Source of the DNA: Minisyncoccota bacterium
GTDB lineage: Bacteria; Patescibacteriota; Minisyncoccia; Minisyncoccales; JAGOPM01
Reading direction: 5' to 3'
DNA: 64,000 bases
Assembly (NCBI GenBank): GCA_041651395.1
Contig: JBAZJI010000001.1
Coordinates: forward strand, 763,920 to 827,919
Part shown: piece after piece, positions 46,555-55,883 of the stretch
How positions within the stretch are numbered: position 1 is the first letter of the stretch
Layout: each line of letters opens with the position of its first letter
Position numbers and translations under genes: made by a program
Notes under the pieces: model-generated
What the model was told of the DNA's origin: nothing
What the model saw: only the letters and a program-made list of their open reading frames with translations
Databases searched by the model: none

Positions 46555-46580
46555 CCCCGCTATCAGCGGGGTTATTTTGT
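46552..46580. terminator. bidirectional terminator between the sigma and pilin genes
   Basis: ATAACCCCGC TATCA GCGGGGTTAT followed by TTT. Confidence 0.8.
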
Positions 46581-46591
46581 TAATTATACTC

Positions 46592-47155
46592 TCAAAACGT
46601 TGCATCCCCCGCCCCTTCTTTTAAGATATAAAGTATTTTTTCGGCATCTTTACCTCCCCTATCGTCTACGCATTCTGGTATTTGACTACAATTATTATCA
46701 CACCATTGTGGCGCTTCGTTAGTGGTGCAATTCGCACCTTCGCAGCGCGCATAAATAAATGCATAGGTGCCCGGCGGGGCACAAGGAGGATTAAGCCATC
46801 TTCGATATTTATAAGTGCAAAGGGTACCATTTATTACTCCGGATTCTAGTGGCAGATTTGTGGCATATTTCGAATCAATAACTGCTTTCAAAAAATTCCC
46901 GGACACAGCCCTATTGCCCACCTCCCAATCATCACAAAATACCGCATTGTTAGGAACAGAATCAGGAAATTTACTGAATTGCGGATCGATATAATAAGAG
47001 GTCAAAAACTTCTTTATTTGACTGATATCGGCAATACGTTTGCCGTCCCGAGCGGAAATTTGAGCATTCCTCACCCCGACTAATAGCAAACCTGAAATAG
47101 TTACAATAATCGTTACAACTATCAGGAGCTCTATGATGGTAAAACCCTTTTTCAT
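46592..47155 (-). CDS. type IV pilin / pseudopilin (prepilin-type N-terminal methylation domain)
   Basis: MKKGFTIIELLIVVTIIV, the class III signal peptide (G|FT..E). Cys-rich globular C-terminal domain. Confidence 0.85.
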   Translation of the reverse strand: MKKGFTIIELLIVVTIIVTISGLLLVGVRNAQISARDGKRIADISQIKKFLTSYYIDPQFSKFPDSVPNNAVFCDDWEVGNRAVSGNFLKAVIDSKYATNLPLESGVINGTLCTYKYRRWLNPPCAPPGTYAFIYARCEGANCTTNEAPQWCDNNCSQIPECVDDRGGKDAEKILYILKEGAGDATF

Positions 47156-47231
47156 GATATTAATTAATTATAACACAGAAACTACTCTTAATCTGCAAAT
47201 TTTTATCCACAAAAAAACCCTTTCGCAAGGG

Positions 47232-47765
47232 TTATAGATTAAGATGCTTTTGGGCAATCTTATTTTCTAGGTAGTACATAATACAGCTCGGAACATAACG
47301 CTTAACGACTGCTTCCCAACTTTTCGGGCCAATTAAGCCTTTCACCATGCTCGAACTAATACCGACTAGCTCGGCAGGAGGAAACAAATAAACCGTTATA
47401 ATGCTTGGATCGGAAATTGCAGTATTCACATCATACATAGCCCTCTCGAACTGATAATCAGTTGGAGAACGGATGCCCCTAATAAGAATATTGGCTTGAC
47501 ATTGGTAGGCGTAATCAACCAAATACATGTTTTCAAAATTCCGTACAGAGATGTCGCACATTTCACTAGTGGCTTCGACTAACATTGCCATTCGTTCCTC
47601 AACCGTAAACAGACATTTCTTTTCAGGGTTCGTGCCTACGGCCACGATGAGCTCATCAACCAGCCTTAAAGCCTGTTTGATGACTGACATATGCCCATTG
47701 GTTGGCGGGTCAAACGACCCGGCATACAATCCGATGCGCTTTTTCACTTCAGAGCCTTTGTGCAT
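47232..47765 (-). CDS. coaD: phosphopantetheine adenylyltransferase
   Basis: GSFDPPTNGH (the T/HxGH nucleotidyltransferase motif) and ISSSMVK. Confidence 0.9.
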   Translation of the reverse strand: MHKGSEVKKRIGLYAGSFDPPTNGHMSVIKQALRLVDELIVAVGTNPEKKCLFTVEERMAMLVEATSEMCDISVRNFENMYLVDYAYQCQANILIRGIRSPTDYQFERAMYDVNTAISDPSIITVYLFPPAELVGISSSMVKGLIGPKSWEAVVKRYVPSCIMYYLENKIAQKHLNL

Positions 47766-47775
47766 TTTTCTCCTT

Positions 47776-48957
47776 TCAAGTCAATTCTTCCATAATTACC
47801 CGGCTGATCATGCCAACCATACTCCAATCCACCTGACACCCCTCTCCCGCTAACAGGTCACGGAAAAGAACTATTTGGCGATAGGTCCTTTCCGAGTCCT
47901 CTACAACGCCCAGAGGCTGCGAAGCCTGAGCTTGGAGCGTCTTAAGTTCCCGGGGAGTAATTTTGAGCGAGAAAAGCGCCGCCTTGTGCGAGGAAAGAGT
48001 GGAAGTGAGCTGACGGTCCTCATAATATTTTAGGCGCAAAGGGTTGATATCCAGTCCCGTTTCCTCAAAAACCTCATGAGCCGCTAACTCGCGCGGATCT
48101 ATGCCGTTTTTCACGGTTGAACCGCCGGGCACTTCGAAAACATAGCCTGAAATATTGGAAACCGGACTGCGAAACTCCTTAACCAAAACAATGCGAGCCT
48201 GCTCGATGTCGCGCGAATTATATTCGCAGGGGCAATAAACGACAACACAGGAAATGCTAGACCGGAAAAAAACAAATTCGTTGACCTTGTTTCGCTGCTC
48301 CCCCTCCACCCAAATATTCATCTGGATGATATAAGAGAAAAGGTACTGCTTATTTGCGCCGACACGAAATGTCCAGAGCAATTTGGCGCCATCAATCCTA
48401 TTGTCAGCAGTTCGCAGATCATTGTAATACTGCTGAAAAGACGGCGTATGCCAAATAAACAATGGAATACAACACTCCCCTCCCTGTCTTTGCACTGCTT
48501 GAGAGACAACGGCCAAGGCAATATCAACAGTTTCACTTAAAGTCTGGGCTTGTGGTAGGAATTCCTTTTGGCAAAGGTATTCCAAATAGCGAACCTTATG
48601 TGCGTCGGGTGGAGCACCGAAAACAACCTTGCCTAGCTGGTACAAAAAGCCAAATTCCACATTAGTAGTAAAGCCGGGCATTGACTCAACATCCCGAGGT
48701 ACCCAAAAAAGCACGCAATCAGAATGGTTGAGAGCCTCGTGCTCCCAAGCTACTTGCCTCTGATAATCCTGGTCTTCATCCCAGCCCACTCTGGGTTCTG
48801 GCACAAAAACCACACCATCATACTTCTTTTCTTCTAGCAACCTAAGGGCAAAAACCCTCCATGTGGTTAGCTCTTTTCCACGCTTTGTCGGTCCGGCCAA
48901 AAAAATACTGGCAGAAAAACTTTTCGGTATTGGTTCTCCGGCAAAAATCACTTTCAT
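47776..48957 (-). CDS. fusion protein: nucleoside 2-deoxyribosyltransferase-like N-domain plus a Nudix hydrolase C-domain
   Basis: The N-terminus SIFLAGPT...W...., VVFVPEP and TNVEFGF resembles Nuc_deoxyri_tr2. The C-terminus has a Nudix box, GGSTVKNGIDPRELAAHEVFEETGL. Confidence 0.6.
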   Translation of the reverse strand: MKVIFAGEPIPKSFSASIFLAGPTKRGKELTTWRVFALRLLEEKKYDGVVFVPEPRVGWDEDQDYQRQVAWEHEALNHSDCVLFWVPRDVESMPGFTTNVEFGFLYQLGKVVFGAPPDAHKVRYLEYLCQKEFLPQAQTLSETVDIALAVVSQAVQRQGGECCIPLFIWHTPSFQQYYNDLRTADNRIDGAKLLWTFRVGANKQYLFSYIIQMNIWVEGEQRNKVNEFVFFRSSISCVVVYCPCEYNSRDIEQARIVLVKEFRSPVSNISGYVFEVPGGSTVKNGIDPRELAAHEVFEETGLDINPLRLKYYEDRQLTSTLSSHKAALFSLKITPRELKTLQAQASQPLGVVEDSERTYRQIVLFRDLLAGEGCQVDWSMVGMISRVIMEELT

Positions 48958-49078
48958 TAAATACCTCCTATATTTAATTTTTAATTGTCATATTATAACA
49001 CATTAATAACAAAATGCAATATTAACTTTTGATTTAACATATGGAAAAAAACAATTTTTTATGCTAAATATATCCTAT

Positions 49079-49161
49079 GCCCGGGTGGTGGAATGGTATA
49101 CACGAAGGACTTAAAATCCTTTGATCTCACGATCTTGTGGGTTCGAGTCCCGCCCCGGGCA
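49079..49161 (+). tRNA. tRNA-Leu (anticodon UAA)
   Basis: Acceptor GCCCGGG/CCCGGGC, anticodon stem AAGGA/TCCTT, loop CTTAAAA, long variable arm, T-arm GTGGG TTCGAGT CCCGC. Confidence 0.9.
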
Positions 49162-49163
49162 CA

Positions 49164-49202
49164 GTAAACAAAAATCAGTCGCAAGATTGATTTTTTGTTT
49201 AC
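49164..49202 (+). terminator. terminator after tRNA-Leu(UAA)
   Basis: GTAAACAAAAATCA ... TGATTTTTTGTTTAC long hairpin. Confidence 0.7.
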
Positions 49203-49330
49203 ATAGATGTTTTCGGGACGAGAACCCCAATAAGTGAGGAACGCCTATTGGCGCAGCGGATTATCGAAATATCACCATTGCACGGCAATGCCAAAGAACT
49301 TCTGATTTATGCCTTATAAATTCTAAATTC

Positions 49331-49357
49331 AAAAATCCGCCCATAAAGGCGGTTTTT
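49331..49357. terminator. bidirectional terminator (3' of tRNA-Cys)
   Basis: AAAAATCCGCC CATAAA GGCGGTTTTT. Confidence 0.8.
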
Positions 49358-49362
49358 GCTTG

Positions 49363-49434
49363 AGGCCTGGGCGAGAGTTGCACTCGCGCATAAAGGTTTT
49401 GCAGACCTTTGCCTTGCTACTTGGCTACCAGGCC
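49363..49434 (-). tRNA. tRNA-Cys (anticodon GCA), atypical T-loop
   Basis: Reverse complement: GGCCTGG..AAGGT CTGCAAA ACCTT..GCGAG TGCAACT CTCGC CCAGGCC U. The discriminator U fits Cys. The T-loop has G where U55 is expected. Confidence 0.75.
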
Positions 49435-49454
49435 ATAAGAAAATAAGAATTCTC

Positions 49455-49799
49455 CTATTTCCCCCCTCCTATCTTGTATAAGATATCGTTAACCTTGACC
49501 ATTTCCCGCTCCTCGCTATCATCCTTAAATGATATCTTGGGCACTGGCCTAATCCTTAACTTTTTATCCAATATCTTTTGGATATGATAAATGTTTTTAC
49601 TTAAGATTTCAAGCGCTTCCTTGATTTTTTTATCAGGAAAAACCCCCACGAAGACCGCAGCGTTAGCAAAATCATGACTGATTTTAACACGAGTAACGGT
49701 CACAATGACATCAGGGGAAAAATCAACCTCCTTAAAAATTATTTCACTTATTTCATGGCGCAACAATTCCGCCATTTTTTCATGTCTGAACATTGCCAT
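49455..49799 (-). CDS. rbfA: ribosome-binding factor A
   Basis: [16 protein letters not shown]....DF...IVTVTRV.IS.D...A.V pattern. Overlaps the infB stop by 20 nt. Confidence 0.9.
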   Translation of the reverse strand: MAMFRHEKMAELLRHEISEIIFKEVDFSPDVIVTVTRVKISHDFANAAVFVGVFPDKKIKEALEILSKNIYHIQKILDKKLRIRPVPKISFKDDSEEREMVKVNDILYKIGGGK

Positions 49800-51261
49800 A
49801 AAAAATCAAAGTATCGTCTTCTTTAATTTTAGCATCGCCCTCAAAAAGGATTGCCACCTCATCGCGGCGCACGCCTTTGTCGATATCTTTCTTGTTTTTT
49901 TGCAAACTCAAATTTCGGCCCTTGCCAACAATTTGCCCTTCGTGCTCAATCTCGATTTGCAGATTTTTGGTAATTTCACCATCAGTTATCCGGCCGCCCA
50001 CTATTTGGCGACTGCCTTCGGTAAAGAACACCGCCAAAACCCTGATGCGCCCCATCTCCTTGCGCACAATTTTGGGCTTAATCATTTCGGTCTGCCAAAC
50101 TCTGACGCCCTGCGAGAGATTATAGATAATATCAAAAAACATCAGGCGGATTTTTTTATCATCAGCCAACCGCTCGATCATTGGTGGAGCTTTAACCCGA
50201 AACCCGACAATCCGAGCTCCGGTGCTGATAGCAAATTCCACATCATTTTCCGTAATATCACCGGCTTCGGCGCGCAAAATATGAATGGGTATTTCTTCTT
50301 GCGGGAGTTGTTCCAATGTTTTCTCGATAGCCTCAATAGAACCGGCTACATCAACCTTCAAAACCAAATTAAGAGGCCGGCGGGTATCTAAAGGATCAAA
50401 TTCCCTCCTTTTCTTTTTGCGCTCCTCTTCGCATTTTTTTACCCATTCTTCAGCCTCACCTAAAATAGGATAAACATTAAATTCCTCGCCTACACCGGGA
50501 ACATTGGAAAATCCATTTACTAAACAGGGTTGGGCCGGCTTCACGGACTTTATCGGCCTGCCCATAAAGTCCGCCAGAATCCTCACCTTGCCGCAAGCTG
50601 TTTTCGTAGCTAAAACGTCGCCAACATTGAGCGTCCCATCTAATACTAAAAGTGTGGCCATTGGCCCTCTTTTTTTATCAAGATTCGATTCGATAATGAC
50701 ACCCGTGGCCAGAGATCTTTCATTACCCGAGAGGCCAGACATTTCCGCCATCAGCAAAATCATATCGAGTAATTCTTCTATCCCTGCCCCGCTCTTAGCG
50801 GAAACATTTATCGAAGTAATATCTCCACCCATCGATTCAACTAAAATTCCCAATGTGGCCAGTTCGCGTTTAACTTTTTCCGGATAGGCACCCTCTTTAT
50901 CGATCTTATTAATAGCAACAATAAAAGGCACTTTAGCCTTTTGGATAACGGCAATCGCTTCTTTGGTTTGGGGCTTTACCCCCTCATCAGCAGCCACAAC
51001 CAAAATTGCAATATCAGCCACTCCCGCGCCTCGAGTCCGCATAGCCGAAAATGCCTCATGGCCGGGAGTGTCAATAAAGGTAATTTTTTGACCCTTGAAT
51101 TCTATTTCATAGGCCCCGATATGTTGAGTAATCCCCCCGGACTCTCCGGCAGCCACATTAGACTTTTTTATGTAATCCAAAATGGTGGTTTTACCATGAT
51201 CGACATGGCCCAACACCACCACGATGGGAGATCGCTTATTTTTACCTTTAGTGTCTGCCAT
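49780..51261 (-). CDS. infB: translation initiation factor IF-2 (short form lacking the N-terminal extension)
   Basis: The G-domain starts at residue 12 ([22 protein letters not shown]). Only 493 aa. Confidence 0.95.
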   Translation of the reverse strand: MADTKGKNKRSPIVVVLGHVDHGKTTILDYIKKSNVAAGESGGITQHIGAYEIEFKGQKITFIDTPGHEAFSAMRTRGAGVADIAILVVAADEGVKPQTKEAIAVIQKAKVPFIVAINKIDKEGAYPEKVKRELATLGILVESMGGDITSINVSAKSGAGIEELLDMILLMAEMSGLSGNERSLATGVIIESNLDKKRGPMATLLVLDGTLNVGDVLATKTACGKVRILADFMGRPIKSVKPAQPCLVNGFSNVPGVGEEFNVYPILGEAEEWVKKCEEERKKKRREFDPLDTRRPLNLVLKVDVAGSIEAIEKTLEQLPQEEIPIHILRAEAGDITENDVEFAISTGARIVGFRVKAPPMIERLADDKKIRLMFFDIIYNLSQGVRVWQTEMIKPKIVRKEMGRIRVLAVFFTEGSRQIVGGRITDGEITKNLQIEIEHEGQIVGKGRNLSLQKNKKDIDKGVRRDEVAILFEGDAKIKEDDTLIFYGNVQT

Positions 51262-51278
51262 AATTTTCTGAGATGATT

Positions 51279-51755
51279 TTACCGCTTAGCAACCGCTTCG
51301 GCTAAAACTTTCTTTTCTTCGCCAGAAAGCTGATATTCGCACTTACCCTCAACGACTGGTTTAGCATAAATCTTATTAAAATCCCGGCCAAAATGACTAG
51401 TCAAAACTATGCCGCTATTATTAGCGTCCAGCAACGACAGAACAAAACTCTGATCGCTACCTACATCCTGAAAAGGATTAAAACGCATAAAAGCCATTTT
51501 GCGGAAACTTATTTGGGAAAATTCCTTAAGAATCCCCATTTCTTTGCGGATCTGCTTCATTTCCTCGTCTTGGCGCACCAAATCTCTGACTTGGCGGTCA
51601 AGCATGGCCTCGAAATTGGCATCCCCTTTCTTGAAAAATTTGGTAACCCGGCTACCAATTTTAAGGCAATAAAGCAGAAGTATTAAGGAGGTTAAAAAAG
51701 AAATGGCCCCCAAACCAATAGCCAAAGAAAGCATTTGCTCCATAGTTTTTCGCAA
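51279..51755 (-). CDS. DUF4446-family membrane-anchored protein
   Basis: N-terminal TM, then ...RFNPFQDVGSDQSFVLSLLDANNSGIVLTS, typical of DUF4446. The start may be MEQML at 51743. Confidence 0.6.
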   Translation of the reverse strand: MRKTMEQMLSLAIGLGAISFLTSLILLLYCLKIGSRVTKFFKKGDANFEAMLDRQVRDLVRQDEEMKQIRKEMGILKEFSQISFRKMAFMRFNPFQDVGSDQSFVLSLLDANNSGIVLTSHFGRDFNKIYAKPVVEGKCEYQLSGEEKKVLAEAVAKR

Positions 51756-51811
51756 AAAGCGCTACCAGTATTTGTAGCACTTTTTAGGCTTTTGAGCAAG
51801 CTGGAAACTAA

Positions 51812-52174
51812 TTATTTTCCGGTCAAAATTTTGTCATTTTCGACTTCGGGCAGCTTAAAAACCAAATAACAAACATTTTCCTTATCCGCATATTCTTCAT
51901 GCCTATCGCCGGGATCCAACACAACCAAGGACCCTGAAGGCAAACTGTACTCTTGACCATTAAACTTGGCGTGCATGGGCGTTAATAAATAAAAGACTTC
52001 CGTAAAATGTTCATGATAATGCTCGTCAGCCTTTGAGCCTGCCGAAATGACTACTTCTAAAAAAGCCATTTTCTCCACCATTTTGCCAATAGGCAAACCC
52101 ACCGAGGATACTTGATATCCTCCCTGCCCTCGATATCTTTTTATCTCTTTAGAATCCGGCAAAATTATTTTCAT
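51812..52174 (-). CDS. cupin-domain protein
   Basis: Cupin motif GSKADEHYHEHFTEVFY ... GD.H. Confidence 0.75.
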   Translation of the reverse strand: MKIILPDSKEIKRYRGQGGYQVSSVGLPIGKMVEKMAFLEVVISAGSKADEHYHEHFTEVFYLLTPMHAKFNGQEYSLPSGSLVVLDPGDRHEEYADKENVCYLVFKLPEVENDKILTGK

Positions 52175-52191
52175 ACAGCGCTATTATTCAA

Positions 52192-52212
52192 TCTAGCGGA
52201 GGGGGTGGGATT
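52192..52212 (-). repeat. direct duplicate of the tRNA-Ser(CGA) 3' end
   Basis: TCTAGCGGAGGGGGTGGGATT is identical to 52309-52329, which covers the tRNA 3' T-stem, acceptor strand and 5 trailer nt. Period 117 nt. Confidence 0.95.
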
Positions 52213-52313
52213 CACTGCCAAATTCTGCTGAATTTGCCAGTACCTTGTTTCAAATCCCAGTCCATTTATTTCCGCTTTCAAGCAACTACGCCGGTCGCGC
52301 AGTTACTTTCTAG

Positions 52314-52400
52314 CGGAGGGGGTGGGATTTGAACCCACGATCGGGTTGCCCCGATACCGCATTTCGAGTGCGGCGCCTTCGGCCACTCAGCCACCCCTCC
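52314..52400 (-). tRNA. tRNA-Ser (anticodon CGA), no encoded CCA
   Basis: Reverse complement: GGAGGGG..CCGCA CTCGAAA TGCGG, long variable arm, GTGGG TTCAAAT CCCAC CCCCTCC G. Confidence 0.9.
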
Positions 52401-52436
52401 ATAATCAAAAACTTATAACATAAATACTAGCAAAAA

Positions 52437-53381
52437 TCAAAGCAGCGGGAAATCGTTATCCCGGCGGTATCTGGCTGGAAGTAAAAAAGGCAAATTAAAC
52501 CCCAGAAAACCCGTTAACTTTTTAGCCAAATTGCCGCGCGCAATGGCTGGCCGGAAAAGATCCTGTATTTTTTTATTATACTTTTCCAAATCGGGAAAAT
52601 TTTCGACCAAAATATCTACAGCTGTCAGACCCCAAATAACTCCTCCCCCGCTCCAAGGCTTGCAAAGCCCGGCCGCATCCCCGCAAACCGCCATGTTGCC
52701 AGAAACTATTTTTCTTAAGCCATGCGGGATAAGGGCGGAATGAATTTTTTCCCGCTGGTAGGGCCATTTTTTTTCTTGGCAAAATTTTTCAAAAGAATCC
52801 ATCAGACCTTTGGCCTCACCCATGACTCCGTATTCTACATCCTCGCCTCTTGGTATCCGCCAATAAAAACCACTTTTGTGCGCCCAAGTTTGGACGTAAT
52901 TTTGGTTATCTTTTTCCTCACCGATAAACTGAATGCCGAGATAAAAATCTCCACTAGCCATGGCTAGCTCCTTTTCGGCTCGAGAATAAGCCCCATCGCA
53001 AAAAATATACTGAGAAAAACCTGAAGGAATCTCCACGATCTCCCGGCTAAACTGGTAATTAACGCCTGCTTGCCTGCCTAAGTCCATTAATCTTTGATTG
53101 ATCTTATTCCTATCCAAAACATAATGTACCGGTTCCATTACCAATTCAATCTGTTTTTGCGGATAATTTATCAAGCACTTATCGATCTGATTTAAGACAA
53201 AATCCTTTTCTATTTTAACAAAATTTCCTAATCTTACTGAAATTAAGCCAGAGCAAACCTTGCCAAATGGTGCAGCTTTTTTTTCAAAAACAGTCACCTC
53301 GAAACCCTTTTGAGCTAAGCGGTAAGCGGCATATAATCCACAAATTCCCGCCCCGACGATGGCAAGATTATTTTTTTTCAT
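52437..53381 (-). CDS. FAD-dependent oxidoreductase (geranylgeranyl-reductase-like)
   Basis: N-terminal dinucleotide fold LAIVGAGICGLYAAYRLAQKGFEVTVFEK and a later GDAAG motif. Confidence 0.75.
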   Translation of the reverse strand: MKKNNLAIVGAGICGLYAAYRLAQKGFEVTVFEKKAAPFGKVCSGLISVRLGNFVKIEKDFVLNQIDKCLINYPQKQIELVMEPVHYVLDRNKINQRLMDLGRQAGVNYQFSREIVEIPSGFSQYIFCDGAYSRAEKELAMASGDFYLGIQFIGEEKDNQNYVQTWAHKSGFYWRIPRGEDVEYGVMGEAKGLMDSFEKFCQEKKWPYQREKIHSALIPHGLRKIVSGNMAVCGDAAGLCKPWSGGGVIWGLTAVDILVENFPDLEKYNKKIQDLFRPAIARGNLAKKLTGFLGFNLPFLLPARYRRDNDFPLL

Positions 53382-53467
53382 ACTGCATCATAAGGCTTGC
53401 CTTGCTACTTTTCAACAGCGCGTTCAAAAATCTCAAAAAATACTGTAAAATATAAGCAAGGCACATT

Positions 53468-55264
53468 ATGCGCACGCATTTTTTTCGCAAAGGATTCTCT
53501 TTGATTGAGGCCGTGGTTGGCGCCACCCTTTTTGCCATCGTGGCGACCATGATTTATCAAAGCTACACCTCAATCCTTTCGGCCTCTAGCTTTGCCAAAC
53601 TCCGTTCCTCGGCACTCGCGCTAGCTAATGAACAAATGGAAATAGTGCGCAATATGCCTTATGCCAGTGTGGGTATTGAAAATGGCTTACCTTCGGGCAT
53701 AATCCCGCGCTTCCAGCAGCTCACCCGAGATAATACAACTTTTGGGATTACAACAACCGTCAGGACTATCGACGATCCTTTTGATGGCACGGTAACCACT
53801 TCCCCGGCCGATCTTTCGCCGGCTGATTATAAATTGGTAGAAATTGAAATCGGGGCACCCGAACATCCGGAACTGAATAATATCTTTTTGACTACCTATG
53901 TAGCCGCAAAAAACCTTGAGTCTAATGCCAATAATGGCTCTCTTTTTGTACGGGTATTTGATGCTAATGGACAACCACTTCCGCAAGCTTTTGTTACTAT
54001 CACCAATAATACAGGAACTTCAACTATAAATATTTTGGAAGTAACCGATAATAATGGCTACTTGCAAATAGTTGACGCCCCAACCGGGACAGAGGCTTAT
54101 AATATTTCAGTGACCAAACCGGGGTATTCAACTGATAAAACCTATGCCGTAACCACCAGCCTCCCTCACCCGGTCAAGCCACCAGCTACAGTGCTTTGGC
54201 AACAAATTACCCAAATCAGTTTTGCTATTGATAACCTTGGAAGAATAAATGTCTTTTCGGTTGATCCGGCATGTAACCCGATTGCCAATGTTGAATTTGA
54301 TCTGACTGGCGCCAAAATAATCGGGACCGATCCTTTCACATTCAAATTTACGACTACAAGCCAAACCGACTACTCGGGACAAAAAACATTTCCGGAATTG
54401 GAATGGGATGATTATACGATAACGCTCCAATCAACCGCCTACGATCTTATCGGCACTATCCCCTCCGCCCTGCTTAACTTGGCTCCCGGAGGGCTGAAAG
54501 AGGTAAAGCTAGTACTTGGCCCGCTCAACCCCAATACCCTATTAGTCAATGTCAAAGACGCGGCCACCTTGCTGCCAATTTCCGGAGCAACTATTTCTTT
54601 AACCCAGTCAGAAACAATTGTGGGCACCGGAAGCACTGGTCGCGGATTCTTGCACCAAACAGACTGGAGCGGCGGCGGCGGACAGGAAATGTTCTCCGAG
54701 ACCGCCCGCTATTCCCAACAAAGTGGCACAATCAGCGTTAGCGACCCGGCCGGAGAGATAAAATTAGCCAAAACCGGGGAAAACTATGCCTCTGACGGTT
54801 GGCTCGAGTCATCAATATTCGATACGGGCGCCGCCAGTAATTTTCATAATATTTTATGGAATCCAACCGACCAACAATCAGAAAACGGCCCAGATAGTGT
54901 AAAATTCCAAATTGCTTCAGCTACAAGCTCCTCAAGCACCTTTGCATACAAAGGGCCGGATGGGACCTCCGCCACTTATTACACCGCCACCAACAACACC
55001 ATAAATTCTTTGCACAATGGCGACCGCTATTTCCGCTATAAAATATTTTTATCCAGCATAACGCCCACCACCACGCCTAATGTAGCCGAAATTTCCTTTA
55101 CTTTCACAACTGCCTGTATGCCTCCCGGGCAAACCCATTTTCAAAATTTAAGTAATGGAACTTATATAGTCCAAGTCGAAAAATCCGGCTATGTCAGCAC
55201 CAGCGTAACAACTAGCATTAGCAATGCTTGGCAACAAACAGAAATTAAACTAATGCCAGAATAA
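53468..55264 (+). CDS. giant pseudopilin (prepilin N-terminal domain plus carboxypeptidase-regulatory-like beta-sandwich repeats)
   Basis: FRKGFSLIEAVVGATLFAIV class III signal. Repeated V.V.DA.G.PL..A.VT. segments. 598 aa. Confidence 0.8.
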   Translation: MRTHFFRKGFSLIEAVVGATLFAIVATMIYQSYTSILSASSFAKLRSSALALANEQMEIVRNMPYASVGIENGLPSGIIPRFQQLTRDNTTFGITTTVRTIDDPFDGTVTTSPADLSPADYKLVEIEIGAPEHPELNNIFLTTYVAAKNLESNANNGSLFVRVFDANGQPLPQAFVTITNNTGTSTINILEVTDNNGYLQIVDAPTGTEAYNISVTKPGYSTDKTYAVTTSLPHPVKPPATVLWQQITQISFAIDNLGRINVFSVDPACNPIANVEFDLTGAKIIGTDPFTFKFTTTSQTDYSGQKTFPELEWDDYTITLQSTAYDLIGTIPSALLNLAPGGLKEVKLVLGPLNPNTLLVNVKDAATLLPISGATISLTQSETIVGTGSTGRGFLHQTDWSGGGGQEMFSETARYSQQSGTISVSDPAGEIKLAKTGENYASDGWLESSIFDTGAASNFHNILWNPTDQQSENGPDSVKFQIASATSSSSTFAYKGPDGTSATYYTATNNTINSLHNGDRYFRYKIFLSSITPTTTPNVAEISFTFTTACMPPGQTHFQNLSNGTYIVQVEKSGYVSTSVTTSISNAWQQTEIKLMPE

Positions 55265-55265
55265 T

Positions 55266-55883
55266 ATGGCGAAAAACAAGGGCTTTAGCCTTATCGAAAT
55301 TCTCGCCGCCTCGGGCATATTAATTATTATCACTATCTCTATTGCTCTCTTACAAAGAAATATTTTTAGCTTTGGAAGGCTTATTCAAGGAAATTTAGAT
55401 GCTCAAAAGGAAGCCAAAAGAGCTTTCGCCCAAATGACCAAAGATATCAGAAATGCTTCTTATGCTTCTAATGGGGCTTACCCCATTGCCTCGGCCTCGA
55501 CTAGTAGTCTGACATTTTTTGCCGACGTTGATGGCGACAAATATAAAGAGCAGGTCCGCTATTTTGTCGACGCCTCCAATACGCTGCGTCGCGGAATTAT
55601 TGAGCCAATTACCAGCACCCAACCAATAAGTTACTCGGCGCCGGAAGTTAATTCTATTTTGGTCAGTAAAATCTTTAACACTTCCACCCCGATTTTTACT
55701 TATTACAATACTAATTATAATGGAACAAGTAGTACCGCCCCGCTCTCCTATCCGCTAAACATGATGGATGTTCGTTTGGTTAAAATTGAAATATTATTGA
55801 AAACTCAAGAAGGAAATCAACAGCCCCTCACAATAATCATGACCACTCATGCCATGCTCCGAAACCTAAAAGATAATTTATGA
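55266..55883 (+). CDS. minor pilin / pseudopilin
   Basis: MAKNKGFSLIEILAASGILII prepilin-type N-terminus. 205 aa. Confidence 0.8.
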   Translation: MAKNKGFSLIEILAASGILIIITISIALLQRNIFSFGRLIQGNLDAQKEAKRAFAQMTKDIRNASYASNGAYPIASASTSSLTFFADVDGDKYKEQVRYFVDASNTLRRGIIEPITSTQPISYSAPEVNSILVSKIFNTSTPIFTYYNTNYNGTSSTAPLSYPLNMMDVRLVKIEILLKTQEGNQQPLTIIMTTHAMLRNLKDNL

